This document shows, piece after piece, positions 50,531 to 64,000 of a stretch of 64,000 bases of DNA. Position numbers and translations under genes: made by a program. Where the stretch lies: assembly GCF_006345805.1 (NCBI RefSeq), contig NC_042997.1, forward strand, positions 140,120,001-140,184,000, given 5' to 3'. The notes under the pieces are model-generated. The model was not told where the DNA came from, did not search any database, and saw only the letters and a list, made by a program, of their open reading frames with translations. Each line of letters opens with the position of its first letter. The stretch's first letter is position 1. The DNA comes from Octopus sinensis (taxonomy: Eukaryota).

Positions 50531-51559
50531 GTGATTTGTTCAATCTAAATTGTTTAGTATTATGAATATAAGTTTTTTTTTCCTTTTTGAATGTAATGTT
50601 GCTAGCCCCTTTCCAACTTTGTAGGTAGTTACAATGAATAGCTACAGGCACTAATGAAAGAAGATTAATTTATATTCAACACAGTCTTTTTTTTTTTTTT
50701 TTTACATCAAGTTTTCTTATTTTGCATTTTGAATATGTCCTCTTATATGGTTCAATACGACGTTCATGGGTGTATTTATGATAATAAGCGTCACATATGA
50801 AACACAAAAACAATTATTCGTATATAACAGGGGTCCTTAATTGATCTGCCGTGGTGCATTGCTACATTATATGGTATTATTGCTGCACCACAAAGGATAT
50901 ATATGTAGGTGTGTCGCAGATTTTAAGAATTTTTTTTGCTTCTTTAGAAAACTCATACTAATGCTTTAGCATTTTATAAAGTGTGTTCATGATTTTGTTA
51001 TATGCAAGTATGATTAAAAAGCAAGGTAAGCAATAATTTTTTCTTATATTCTAGCTATATTTTCAGTTCTAAAACCGCTCTTTTTAATAGAATATTCCAT
51101 GAAATGTGAGTCGTAATGGAAAGCCTTCCTCCCGTAATTTTTGTTTTGCTATGAGGTATTTCATAGGGCAAATAAAATTGATAAGTACTTTACATACGCA
51201 CATACATACACGTACGTACATGCATAGATATATGCACATACACACGCTCACATGCATCTACATACAAAACACGTATATACATAAGTGCATACCAACTTAT
51301 ATTCATACACACATCATACATACATATTCAGGTGTGTGGTGGGGACAAGGTCAGAAAGAATTTATGTCCGGCCACTTAAAATGAAATATTCAAAGGTTCC
51401 ACATATTTTCATCGCCCTTTGAAAGATTTAGCAATAAGTTAATTGTAAGATAGAATTATGTCATTAGGTTATACTCGAATGAGTTTTTATTTTGTCAGAA
51501 ACAGTTAATGCTTTCTTAATTGGACACAAGGTCTCTAACCTGTGGGTTTTGGTATAGTT

Positions 51560-51864
51560 CACACTGGACAATCTTTTTCGAAATGCAGGCCGCATGAGAC
51601 ATGGCTCACGATCAAGCAGACTGCACTACTAAAATAAATAAATAAATAAATATATTTCATTAGGTGTGCCATTCAGAAAATCCCGTGGGCCTTAGGTTGC
51701 CCATGACTAGTTTAGAGCTGTCACAGGCAAACTGCAGCCCACGGGACTTTTTGACTGGCACGCCTAACGAAAACTTTCCTTGAATTTTTATAATAGTGTG
51801 GCCCATCTATTGAATGAACCATTTCTCATGCCACCCGATTCCCGAGAATGATTGTTCATGTCTG
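51560..51864. mobile_element. Two ~150 bp hAT MITEs in opposite orientation
   Basis: Copy B 51718-51864 is flanked by 8-bp GTTTAGAG on both sides; copy A 51560-51709 is its inverted homologue. Confidence 0.7.
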
Positions 51865-52215
51865 GTTTAGAGCTTATGGTTGAGTATAGAATTTAAAGGA
51901 CGGGGTGGTTACGGTTGGAAAACTGTAGTTGTGTCGAAATTCCATTGTATATGCACATGATTTACTTGTTTAGAGCATGCGAGGAACCAAAATGAATCTG
52001 ACTGTTTAATTTTTATGATGAAAAATTTATATTTCAGACCATAAAATATGGAATATTCTAAATTTCATACTCTCTTACATGTAGAACTTCCTTGGTAAAA
52101 TAACATATATTCTGAGGCAGTATTTGAAGCTATACTTCATACTAAGTCAGTGGAAACCTAGATATCTAGCTCAACAAGCAATACCAATTTCTTGTTTAAT
52201 ATTGCTTTCCAATTT

Positions 52216-53070
52216 AAGGCGGACAGAAACGTTAGCACGCCGGGCGAAATGCGTAGCCGTATTTCGTCTGCCGTTACGTTCTGAGTTCAAATTCCGCCGA
52301 GGTCGACTTTGCCTTTCATCCTTTCGGGGTCGATAAATTAAGTACCAGTTACGCACTGGAGTCGATATAATCGACTTAATCCGTTTGTCAGTCCTTGTTT
52401 GTCCTCTCTGTGTTTAGCCCCTTGTAGGTAGTTAAGAAATAGGTATTTCTTCTGTCTTTACGTTCTGAGTTCAAATTCCGTCGGGGTCGATAAATTAAGA
52501 ACCGGTTGCGTATTGGGTCGATCTAATCGACTGGCACCCCCACCAAAAAAATTTTCAGGCCTTGCGTCTAAAGTAGAAAAGAATATTGGTTTCAAATTAT
52601 GGCACAATATTAGAGGTGGTGGGATAGTCAATTATATCGACTCCAGTACTTTACTTTATTAATGCCAAAATGAATGAAAGGCAATGTCAACCTCGGCAGC
52701 ATTTGAACTCAGAACGTAAAGACCGACGAAATTTCACTAAGCATGTTGTTGTCTGGCGTGCTAACGATTCTGCCATCTCACCGCCTTATTCTAGTTTAAT
52801 ATTGATTTCAAATTTTGGTACAAAGCCTACAATTTCGGGGGAAGGGCCGAGTCGATCACATCGACCCCAGTGCTCAACTGATAGATCCTTGAAGTTTTTT
52901 TAGGGAGGGGACTGACTAGTCGATTACAACGATCCCAGAATTTCAATGGTGCTTAATTTATCGACCCCGAAAGGATGAAAGACAAAGTCGACCTCAGCAG
53001 AATTTGAACTCAGAACGTGAGCTGCTAAGCATTTTGCCTGGCGTGCTAACGACTCTGCTCGTCGCCTTTG
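52216..53070. repeat. SINE-B cluster (plus-strand dimer, then minus-strand units)
   Basis: Same diagnostic motifs as 25255; CpG retained. Confidence 0.8.
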
Positions 53071-53635
53071 TTATTCTAGTTTAACTTAAATAAATAAATA
53101 AAAGAGCTTTAAGTTTGAGTTAATGTCATGATGACCATAGTCTTTAACTAAAACCAGAATAACAATACAATACTAACACGAGCGATATCACATTTTCCGA
53201 AGATGCAAACGAAAATCTTCAAATACGTATATTTAATAACGTCTTTGAATTATCCTTTTTACTATTGGTGCAAGGCCTGAAATTTGCGGGGAGAAGGCTC
53301 GTCAATTACATCGATCCCTCTGCCACCTCAACGCCTGAACATCTTTGAACTATAAAACATGCAATAGTTGAAATATAATATTTAACTATGATAGTATTAT
53401 GTGATTCAGTATGTTAGTAGTGACTGTAGGCAACGCAAACAAGAAATCTTACATCAAAATCTCAGAAAGAAACTGATGGATCTACTGTGTTGGATCATAA
53501 TTGTTATTGTTACTTGTTTGGTATATTTTATATACAATTACATGTCAGCACTGGTTAGGTGCCAGCCATGGTATTTACTAGGGAACCCATCACTAGTAAA
53601 AAGAAAATATCAAATCACGGAAAACATCGTGTGTA

Positions 53636-53670
<35 letters not shown>

Positions 53671-53719
53671 ATGTATGTGTGTATCTGTGTATGCATACAC
53701 ACACACACACACACACACA

Positions 53720-55016
53720 CAGGGTGCGATGGGTAAATTGTCGCCATTTCATATTTTTTATTTTGCGCATGCATATTGTTTTTAATTTTGTTGACTACAC
53801 AGTATTGTAGTGTCAGTTGGGCACCGTCTGTGAGAAAACTAGTACCGTGACGCAATTCACTCTGCCAGAAATTTGGAAATGACATGCTGTACTGTTTGGC
53901 TGCGAACATTTCAGAGTGTTTTTGGTGTCAATCTGAGGACAGTGCAGAGGATTCGGAAAGAGTTGGATAAGTCTCATGGTGATTACGAAGGTACAGTAGC
54001 TCGGAAAACTCACTTTGATCGTTCGGATCAGAAAAAAACTCCAGAATTTTTGGTGAGATCTAGGTCAATGGAGTTCTTTTCTGAGGTCATGATTGACAAC
54101 GTTCCCTCCATGTCACTCAGGTTCATTGTCAGGGACATAAGTGTGTCTGAGTTTCTTATCAGGCAAGTAGTGCATGAAGACATTCGGTATTTCTCATACA
54201 AGATGAGAAAGGGCCAATTTTTATCCCAAGCCATCAAGTGCAAGAGGAAAGACCGCGCTACGAAGCTTTTGAACAAACTCAAGCATCCCCTCCAACTGAA
54301 CATGCTTTGGTTTTTCTCAGACGAGAAAAAATTCTGCTAGGATCATATGGTGAACACAAAACAACCGTTGGATTGCTGTGTCTCCAAAACACGTACCGAG
54401 AGTGATAAAAATCAAACATCCAGTCAACATCATGGTGTTTGGAGTGATCACTAGTGATGTCAACGTTATACCTCCATTCATCTTCCCACACGGCCTCTGA
54501 CTCAACACAGTGGTCTACATCAAGTGCCTGGAGTAGGTAGTGCTGCCCTGGGTCAAGAAGGTGGCTACTGGAAGACTCTGTGTCTGGCAACAGGACTCTG
54601 CAACATGCCACACAAGCAGGAGAATCCGGTCTTGGCAGTCAGACAATTTCTCCAATCACATCACCCCTAACATCTGGCTACCTAATACCCCAGACTGCAA
54701 TCACCTTGAATATTATATATGGGATGCAGTTGAGCGACAGACCAACAAAACTCCTTGTAACACCAAAGATGAACTGAAGGCAAGGATTATGGCAGCGTTC
54801 ACCAACTTAAACAAGGTGACCACCCAGAAGAGTGTGCAGGAGATTCCGAGGTCGTTTGGAGGCTGTGTTTGAAGCCAATGGCGATTTTATTGAATAAATT
54901 AACTCTTTAGTATTTCAGGATATATTTATGCAATTTTGGTAAATATCTGTTAAAATGAGATGTCAGTTATTTTCATTTTTGTATAATTTAGACGATAATT
55001 TATTCATCGCACCCTG
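53720..55016 (+). mobile_element. DD37D (maT/mori-like) Tc1/mariner element, full length, inactive
   Basis: TIRs CAGGGTGCGATGGGTAAATTGTCGCC / GACGATAATTTATTCATCGCACCCTG; WFFSDEKKF, VWQQDSA, then 37 residues to PDCNHLEYY; stops and frameshifts. Confidence 0.88.
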
Positions 55017-55142
55017 TTTCTATTTTTTCGGTATGCGGTCAAGCAACCTGTTTGCCTGTCCCTTTTTCTTATATACAATATATATACTGAACTTTACAGA
55101 AGTTCCTGCCGGTAATCGGCTATATATATATATATATATATA

Positions 55143-55260
55143 CCGCATATACTCGAGTAATAGTCGACCCCCTAGTTTTAGCCCAAAAATTGGGTATTTT
55201 TCATAGACCCTGTATAAAAGTCGACCCTAGTATTCCTCGAACGACAGGACAACATTTGTG
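55143..55260 (+). mobile_element. Tc2/pogo-like terminal fragment
   Basis: TA|CCGCATATACTCGAGTAATAGTCGACC with an internal AGTCGACCC repeat; no partner TIR seen. Confidence 0.5.
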
Positions 55261-56249
55261 GGTCAAGGTACCGCATTCTCCTGTACGTAGAAATAACGCG
55301 GTTACAAAATTTTGTAGCTATCTTACTGTAGCCTGCTTTATAGGTGGAATACTTACTGCTTATAATGGAATGCACGTTGCTTACAGTAAAACACCATTAA
55401 ATAGCGAGCATTCACCATTATTAAAATGTATGAACAAGATATGATACAAACCTGCATACATCTTCAAGCACAGTAAACAAATGCGTCATACACTCATTGT
55501 TTACATGGTGAGAAACGTGTTTCACAGACTGCACTATTGACGAACATTGGCAAATGTTCCCATGCGACCTTTATATTTTCCTCATTTGCAAATACAATAA
55601 ACACATGCGTCATACGCTCATTCATTTACACGGTGAAAAACGTGTTTCACAGACAGCACTATCGGCGAACAACAGCAAACACTACTGTATGAATTCTTAC
55701 AGAGGCAGGACTTTGGAAAGCCTAAAAACATTTAGTTAATCGTTAGATCAGTGGTTCCCAAACATTTTTTTCGTCGCGGAATCCTTCGACATTATTTGTA
55801 AAAACGTGGGATCTTTACTTTTTGACCTACAGATTTAAAAAATTACTTTTTGTAACTAAACACTTTCAAACTTCGGACACTGGTAGAATGTGTTATATAA
55901 AACATGTTTTACTCTTAGCATTTTTGAGAAAAACTTATATTTACGAAGCTATTTCACGTTAAAGTTATCGTATTTCGGTAATTTCAACCAATCAATGACG
56001 TGTATTCAGCTGAATAAAATTACTGCTGTTGTTTGTCAACAAGAACTTCCGGCGGTGTATTTTTCGTTTGTCACTGTTATTTGTGACAACTCTAACCCTA
56101 AAACCTTAACCCCAGCCCTAAAGCCTTAAAACCAGTACAAACGCATGAACGATGTCATAAATAACAGTAAGTTGCTGAGGTGGGGTAGCATTTAGGTTCA
56201 AGTAGTGCAGCATGCTTTGCCTTGATAAAAGCAGTGTGTTTGCTAGAAC

Positions 56250-57350
56250 TTCAAACTAATCCTGTGTCTTACTCTGTTTCTAGCCAAAGGCCTTCAGTGT
56301 AGTACTGCAGATAGTGGTCCTAAGAGAATCTACTGTCATCTATACCTCTCTACCTAGGGGATCTGTAGAGAAAGCATCCTCCAGGTCAGTTCTGTTTTAA
56401 CTGGATGTTATGTTATAGTGATGACAATATGCTGTTTACTGAGTTGTTTCATATAAAGGATCTCCTTTGGCTGCAATTTAATCTTGGAGCAAACCAAAGA
56501 GTGATCCAAGTCATAGTCTGCACTCTAGAAGGGTTGTGTCATCAGCACATTCCTCCAATGGCAGTGTCTTATAAGTATCAGGTGTAGCTGATGCTAATGT
56601 ATGGAGCAAGGATGTCTCCAAGACACTTTGTGCTGGCTTTTATTTTAGAAGTGTTTGTTGGTGACATACAGTTCTTGGAGTATGCATAACTAAAGCAATC
56701 ATTATCTGTTGTTATTCATGCTGTCAGTCCCATGCTGTCTTGGGCAGCTTGGTCAGGAGTCATGGTCAGCACCCATTCTAGCGTTAAAGTCATCAAACAG
56801 TTGCAGCTGCTTCTGGATTGAAGTTTTCTGAATTGGCCTTGAAAGTTGATCATAGAATTCATCCTTTGTATCTTGTGTAGAGGGTCAGGCATGGACACTG
56901 ACAAGCTTGATAGGCTCATCAATGTATGGAATGTGAAAATAACCCTTTATTGTTTAACAGTGAATTTCTCACTGCAAAGACAAGCTTGTACTCTTCAGTC
57001 TTTTCTAAACTATTTTCCTGCCAGAAAAAAAGTGTAATCTCTCTTGCATAGTGTTCCTGATTCTGCTACATGTGTCTCTTGTGTTGCATTGTCCTTTTGA
57101 AAGTTTAGCAGTTTGTTACTCATCTCTGCACTCTTTGATATGTCACTGCTCTTCAGGAAGTATTTAATTGTCAGTGATTATGGTCTGCACATTTCAGCAT
57201 CCTAATCTGTGTGTTGGCCTTTTTATTTACCTTCTTATTATGCCTGGTGTGGTTCAGGTTACATGTATACCTAAGTCCCATGCAGTCAATGAGACAGTTG
57301 GGCTGTGATGCGACAGTATCTAATTGGCCAGGGTTTGCTAATTAGCCTGA
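56250..57350 (-). pseudogene. RTE-clade LINE endonuclease-region remnant
   Basis: Minus strand DDFNARMGADHDS.PSC...HG...MNNN...L.LC matches APE-domain GDFNARVGADHDSWPSCLG. Confidence 0.6.
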
Positions 57351-58694
57351 GTTTGCTTATTTTGAAGAGGGATGCAGTTGTCCAGTGAGACACAATGGCC
57401 TCTTCTTCCATTGAAAGTTGTCTTTGTCATCTGGCTCTACTTCAAGTTGAATACACACTTAGGAACAGTAAACTGCTGCTTTTTGCATTGTACCATCACT
57501 GTGAGGCAGTGCTGCTATTCCTTCAGGGTATAGTCCTGGGCAGGATTAGTGTAGGAGATCAGCAGCTACTCATGCAGCAAGTCTTCCCTTTTCATTAGAC
57601 TGGCCATGCTAGAGCACTGCCTTGAAGAATTTTAGTCAAATGAATTGGCCCCAGTATTTATTTTTTAAAGTATGGGTACTTATTGATTCGGTCTCTTTTA
57701 CCGAACTGCCAAGTAACAGAGAAACACCAGTTAAGAAGCGGTGATGGTACAATCACAGACACGAAGATATGTATTTTTTTTTTCCAGATATATTCTTAGC
57801 TTTTAATTGTTCCTGTCATTGAACTGTGACCATGCTGAGGCACTGCCTTAAAGTGTTTAGTGGAACAAATCAACTACAGTACATTTTTTTTAAGCTTGGT
57901 ACTTATTCTATTTGTCTCTCTTGCTGAGCTGCTAAGTTACAGGAATATAAATAAGCCTAACACTGGCTGTCAGCTGGAAGTGGGGTAACAAACCTGGATC
58001 TCTGTTGGTTATGACTGAGTGTTTTAGTGGATCTAATCAATGGAACAGCCTACTCATGAAATTAACATGCAAGTGGCTGAGCACTCCACAGACATGCATA
58101 CCCTTAACGTGTTCTCAGCGAGATTCAGTGTGACACAAAATGTGATATGGCTGACCCTTTGAAATACTGTACTATTTATTTTTTCCAGCTGAGTGAAGTG
58201 GAACAGCAAGAAATAAAGTGTCTACTCAAGGATGCAATGTACCACCAGAAATTGGCCTTACAATTGTGAGCCAAATGCCCTGACCAGTAGGCCATGCATC
58301 TTCACAAACACAAAGACAGATGCAAACACAAACACATACACATAGATATAAATATATACATTTGATCAGCTTCTTTCAATTTCTGTCTACCAAATCCATT
58401 CACAAGGCTTTGATAGGCCCAGGACTATAGTAGAAGACACTTGCCCAAGGTTCCACAGAGTGGGATTGAACTCAGAAGCATGTAGTTGAGAAGCAAACTT
58501 CTTACCACACAGCCATGCCTGCACCTATATGTGTATATTTATGTGTAATTATCAACATGTGTATGCATTTGTTTGCCAGAGAGCAATACATGAACATGTA
58601 AAATGTGATGCAATGTCTTTTGTTTTTCTTTCTCACTCTATAATTTGTCTTTGTTTCTCCTGCTTATATCCACATAGACAAATTACCTCCATCA

Positions 58695-58735
<41 letters not shown>

Positions 58736-61700
58736 ACTTCACTCTCTTAGTAACACACACATACACTTAAGACTCTCCTCTCCTGCTGCAAGGGAGCATG
58801 TGTTATAATGTTTACAAAAGTTTGGAATACCTTCCTACTTTGCTTTATTTACAGTTGTGTTAGCAATTACCAGAAGTAAACATTCAGGTTCAAATAACGC
58901 AATTATCATCATCATAGTTAGCATCTAAATTTGAGACACTATTTATTTTTACTTAATTTCTTCACCCCCCACCCCAGATGCTAGGGCAGTCAGTTCATTT
59001 GAGCAGGCACCTTCATTAAACTGTACACCTAGATGCATTTGATTATTAAGGCGCTGGAAATAGATAATAGAATATAAATTTTGTCACACACACACACAAA
59101 CATTTAGTTAATATTTAGCAGAAGCAACAGAGTGACTCAAGGGCCAAGGGTTTCATGCTTTAACACTTATCAAAGAAGTTTTATATGATCCTTGGTCCTT
59201 GAGCCACTTTGTTACTTTTTCTAAATATTAAGAAAAGAATGTACATATACTCGTATTTTGAGCTCTACTTTTCCTCTTTGCGTCACCAATAATACGGGTT
59301 GGACAGTTTGACCAGGGTCTGGGAATCCAGGAGGCTGCACCAAGCTCCAGTCTGATCTGGCAGTGTTTCTACAGCTGGATGCCCTTCCTAACACCAACCA
59401 CTCCATAAGTGTAGTGGGTGCGCTTTATGTGCCACTGGCATGGGTGCTAGGCGAGGCTGGCAATGGCCATGATCGGTTGGTGCTTTTTACGTGCCACTGG
59501 CATGGAAGCCAGTCAAGGCGGTGCTGGCATCGGCCACATTCGGATGGTGCTTTTTATGTGCTACCAGTACAGGTATCACAACTACAATTTCCATTTGATT
59601 TCTATTTTGATGTTGATATACTTGACTCAATAGGTCTCCTCAAGCACAGCAGGTCACTCTACGATCCAAGGTGCTTTGGATGGGCTGGGGCTGCTATGTG
59701 AGGCTGGTATACAAAATTGTTTCCCTCTTTTCTGTCATTAATTGAAACTGAAACCATGCAAGCTACACTTGGGTTAATCTGTCTGTCATTTACTGTACAA
59801 TTTCATTGAAAACAAACCTTTATTTAAAGATTTGTTCACCTTGAAGATGAATAGAAAATTTAATCTACACACTTTCCTTGCAGCAATTATAGTAATCTTT
59901 TTCATGACTAATTTGCCTCCTTCTTTGGCCCTTAGTCCCTCACCTTTTCCTCTCTCTTTTATTCTCCTTTGTGTCTATCATTTGTTCTAGATTAATGAGT
60001 TCCGTAGTCTTCTGTCTCTTTATTTTCACTTATTGTTGAGTAATGTCATTACGAACACCATTTTGTTTGTCAGCTTCCCTACCAACTCCTGTCAACAATC
60101 TCTATTACTCTTTCATTGTTCAGGCTTCAACCTTCAATTTAATCCACAGCTCCAATAGTTTTACACATGCATGCACGCGCATGTGCACACACACACACAC
60201 ACACACAATCTCACTTGCGATAATCTTTGTCAACTCATCAGCTGTCATATTATATGCAGCATTAATTTTAGATACTATGACTGTACATTAGTGGATTAAC
60301 AACATCTTCTTAGGTGAATACCCTAAATTACGTGTTGGCAACTAGAAAACAACCTTTTCATTTTATTATTTATTTTAATTATTCAGTAAGCTTTTGAGTT
60401 GCTCACCTACTTTCATGGACCCAGTTCAATGGGACAGAGACTTTACTATGCTCTGTAGAGGACATTGCATAACCCTTTAGTGACAGAATTCAAATACAGG
60501 ACATTTCAGATTTCAGGAGTAAGGTCAGCTGATAAATATCCAATCAGTGATTCTGCATAGCAAAGGTCATTCACCATCGTTTCCCTTATGTATCTTATGC
60601 AGGCGCCCTCTGCATTATGGAAACATTCCGTTACCAGAAAATCTTGCTGTAAACTGTCATTGCCTCCATGAGGCCCAGCACTTAAAAGATGCTTTTTACA
60701 TGCCACCAACGTGGATGCCAGTTACGCGACACTAGCATTGGTCATGACTATGATTTCACTTGACTTGACAGGTTTTCTTAAGCACAGCATATTGCCAAAG
60801 GTCTCTTCATTTAATTATTGAAGTAAATTTAATATTTGCTTGATTTAGAGTGTGATGGCCAAGGTGACCGCCCCAAGATCAGAAATATCTGTAATCCCAA
60901 AAAGTTTTAATGCAAAACCTCTGATGAATTTTCTTGCAATATCTTTCTACCATTTTTTTTTTTTACATAAAAAAGATATTTTTTAATGTTTTCAGGATTA
61001 AAATCTGCCAATTGGAGTAATTCATTTTTTACTAGAGAGAATTACAAGGATTAAGATAAAATGTATGAGTGCATGAAAGAAAGAGGGGAGGAGAGAGAGA
61101 GAGGGGGGAAGAGAGAGAGGGGGGGAGAAAGAGAGAGAGTTAGAAAATTAGAAATGAGTTATTGGTTTGAAAATGCTCCTAGAATATTTACATTAATTTC
61201 ATTAAGTATAAACATTTCCAAGAACTAATATAATATTTTCATTTCTATTCCTCCTCCCCTATTTTACAATTTGAACAGTTTTTTTTCTAAGTTTTCTTTT
61301 ATTTTTAAGCCTAATTTCAAGCAACTCTTCCAGATGAAATATCAATAAAATAAAAGTTTAATCCTTAAGCATTTAAACCACAATATCCAGCCCAAAGATT
61401 CTATCTGTTTTATGTCTAAACTGGCCAGATTTGACCTCTCACACCTCTCATACAATGTCATTCAGAAAAATATACAATCACATCATTGAAATTTGGAAAT
61501 TATAAGATAGTTCATGACTAGTTCAAAACAGTTTGAATAAATAAGCATTACATTTGACAGAATAATCTGTATGTTAAAAGTTTAATGCTGATATAAATAA
61601 TATTGTTGTTTAAGTTGAAAGTCAACCTTTGATTAAAAGTGTTCCAGCTGCAACTATCCCATCTTATTTTAAGGTCAAATGTATCTAGGATTCCATTATC

Positions 61701-63700
61701 CAGTGTATCCTTTTATTTTTTCCTAGTTGGTTGAGTGTGATTTGAAGGAGATGTGACTTCTATTGCTAGATCAAAAAACAACATTATAAAGAATTGAATA
61801 TCCTATTGTAACATGTAATGAGAATGAAGAAATGAATGATAAAGATAAACTCTAGCATAAAAACATGTCAATAATAAAATACAGTTACAACATTGTCTTT
61901 CTGGGTAATGATGGTCTGGAGCCTCTTACAATCCACACTAATTTACACTAATGTACATCATCATCATCCTCATCATTTAACATCTGTTGTCCATGTTGAC
62001 ATAGGGTGGACAGTTTGATCAGGGCTGGTAGGCTGATGGGCTGCACCAGATTCCAGTCTGATTCAGCATGGTTTCTATAGCTGGATGCCTTTCCTAATGC
62101 CAACCACTCCAAGAGTGTAATGGGTGCTTTTACATGCCACCAACATGGATGTCAGTTGTATGACACCAGTGTCTGCCATGACTATGATTTCACTTGGTTG
62201 ATGAGTCTTCTACTCAAGCACTGCATATTGTCAAAGGTCTCGGTCATTTGTCATTGCCTCCATGAGATGCAACGCTTAAAAGATGCTTTTTACATGTCAC
62301 CAGCATTGGTCATGGCTATGATTTCACTTGACTTGATGGGTTTTCTTAAGCACAGCATATTGCCAAAGGTCTCTTCATTTAATTATTGAAGTAAATTTAA
62401 TATTTGCTTGATTTAGAGTGTGATGGCCAAGGCAATCACCCCAAGATCAGAAATATCTGTAATCCCAAAAAGTTTTAAATCCAAAGGTTTATGAAAATTG
62501 ATGTTGTACCTGTACTATAAAACCAAGATCTGTATTGAAGCTGTTGGCTTCAACAGTCAAATATATGCTTGATAGTATAATAAAATAGGAAGTAATAGTT
62601 AAAAAACAAAGCAAAAATCTTAACCTAAATTGACAGTATATGTTATTTATTTATTATTCATTACATGCTAACTGAAAATCACATGTTCAGAGCATTACAC
62701 GTGCCATGAAATAATTAGGGTAACATTTCATGATCAAGATCTGCTGTCCCATGTAATCTTTTATCTTTATGGAAATAAACTGTGGCATGAGAAATTAATG
62801 ATTTATGAAATGAATTCTGTGTTAATTACTAGTTTGACTGCTGTCTTTCTAATGATGTATAAATTATCTAATTAGATGCCTGAACGAAAATTTTGAAGTT
62901 TTTATCACTTCTGATATTTTCACATGAAGTAAATAAATTTTCCACAAGGCTGTCAGTCTAGATTTTCTCTTGCTTTTAAACATGTAACCTTGTGTAACCA
63001 TATACGTTTTTGAAAAATACACTTGTTCACATGGGATAGCAATTAAATATTTGTAATCTTATTATAAATAAATGATTCATTTTATTTAATAAAATCAAAA
63101 TGTCCTCTTGGGATTAAAAAAATCACAGTAAAGTCCATTTATACAAAACAACCACATTGAAGTGATGACAAGCATTACTTGCCAGTACAGTTACTGCTTC
63201 ATCTCTTATTGAAATTTTATAACTAGCTGTTTTGCTTACTGCAAGATCAGCAACAGAATGTCGCTTGATTTTCTATGTATTGTGAGCTGAAGTGAACAAC
63301 TGCCCTCTCTAGTAGACAAGGTGTCCTGCACAGATGATGGGCAGAAATAGTCTGAAACCAGGCTGGTATGTTGGTTCTGTCACTAGAAGGTGGTAGGGGT
63401 TCGCTCCTCTACTTGCAGTATATCAGATGCAGGTTGCATTGTTAACCAGCTAGAGGAAATGTCCATTTGGGATTAAAAATCACAGTAACGTCTGTTTGTA
63501 CAGAACAACCATGTTGAAGTGGCAGCAAAGTATTTAAATGTTCAGTGGTAATGGTTAGTTGATAGAAACCTTAAAAATAATTCTTTGTATTTGTATTCTA
63601 AGTATTGCACTCATCAGATAAAATGGAGTAAACATTTTTTAAATTACTAAATAAGAGTTTGGATGTTGCCAAGAATGAATGTGAGAATTACTTTCCTTAA

Positions 63701-63920
63701 CCCTTTAGTGTTCAAATTACTCTCTCAAATGTAAAACTTATTTATTCATATTGTTTTGAATTAATGATGTATTGTCTCATAACTTTAAGATTTTGATGCT
63801 GTTATTGTCTATTTTTAGAATGGCATTGTAGGGTAGGTGTGAAAGGTTAGATCAGCTAAGTTTGAACATAAAACAGAAGAAATATCTGGGCCAGATATGG
63901 CCGGTTTAAACACTAGAGGG
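63701..63920. mobile_element. piggyBac-type MITE, intact
   Basis: TTAA|CCCTTTAGTG ... CACTAGAGGG|TTAA. Confidence 0.85.
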
Positions 63921-64000
63921 TTAAAGTAGTCCAACAAAAGAATTAGTATTTAAAAATTATATTTTGTAAAGTTGTAATTGTACAATTTTTACTGGATCAT

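Noticed and set aside
53401-53736. ORF with a transmembrane-like segment MDLLCWIIIVIVTCLVYFIYNY
   Set aside because: Hydrophobicity is expected from AT-rich DNA; it runs into a microsatellite; no partner exons or family recognised.
54620-54720. DD37E signature suggesting a different Tc1/mariner family
   Set aside because: Surrounding motifs are maT/DD37D-like; GAA is one substitution from GAC/GAT in a decayed copy.
56090-56130. Interstitial telomere
   Set aside because: Only a few degenerate TAACCC-like units inside another element or motif cluster.

Overview
AT-rich eukaryotic genomic DNA dense in repeats and microsatellites. The SINE families point to a coleoid cephalopod, probably Octopus (inference from memory, no search run). 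One host gene is supportable: the 3' six exons (529-15653, + strand, 215 aa visible) of a divergent alpha-arrestin with an Arrestin_C domain, including a GC-AG intron. The rest is a layered TE landscape. It contains at least five tRNA-derived or LINE-tailed SINE families, RTE/CR1/R4-Dong LINE remnants, a full-length but decayed Chapaev3-like DNA transposon (30280-32636, TAA TSD), mariner and DD37D (maT) elements, non-autonomous Helitrons, piggyBac-, hAT- and Tc1-type MITEs, long foldback elements and a probable solo LTR. The most unusual signal is a set of type I hammerhead-ribozyme motifs (6995-7032, 35196-35260, 36091-36200, degenerate at 23993-24032) in Penelope-like terminal-repeat remnants. 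Several of these are foldbacks whose symmetry axis or inversion breakpoint falls at the ribozyme. No CRISPR array, rRNA or genuine tRNA gene was found. Most ORFs in the supplied track are microsatellite or SINE artefacts. All calls were made by eye, and boundaries of old repeats are approximate.
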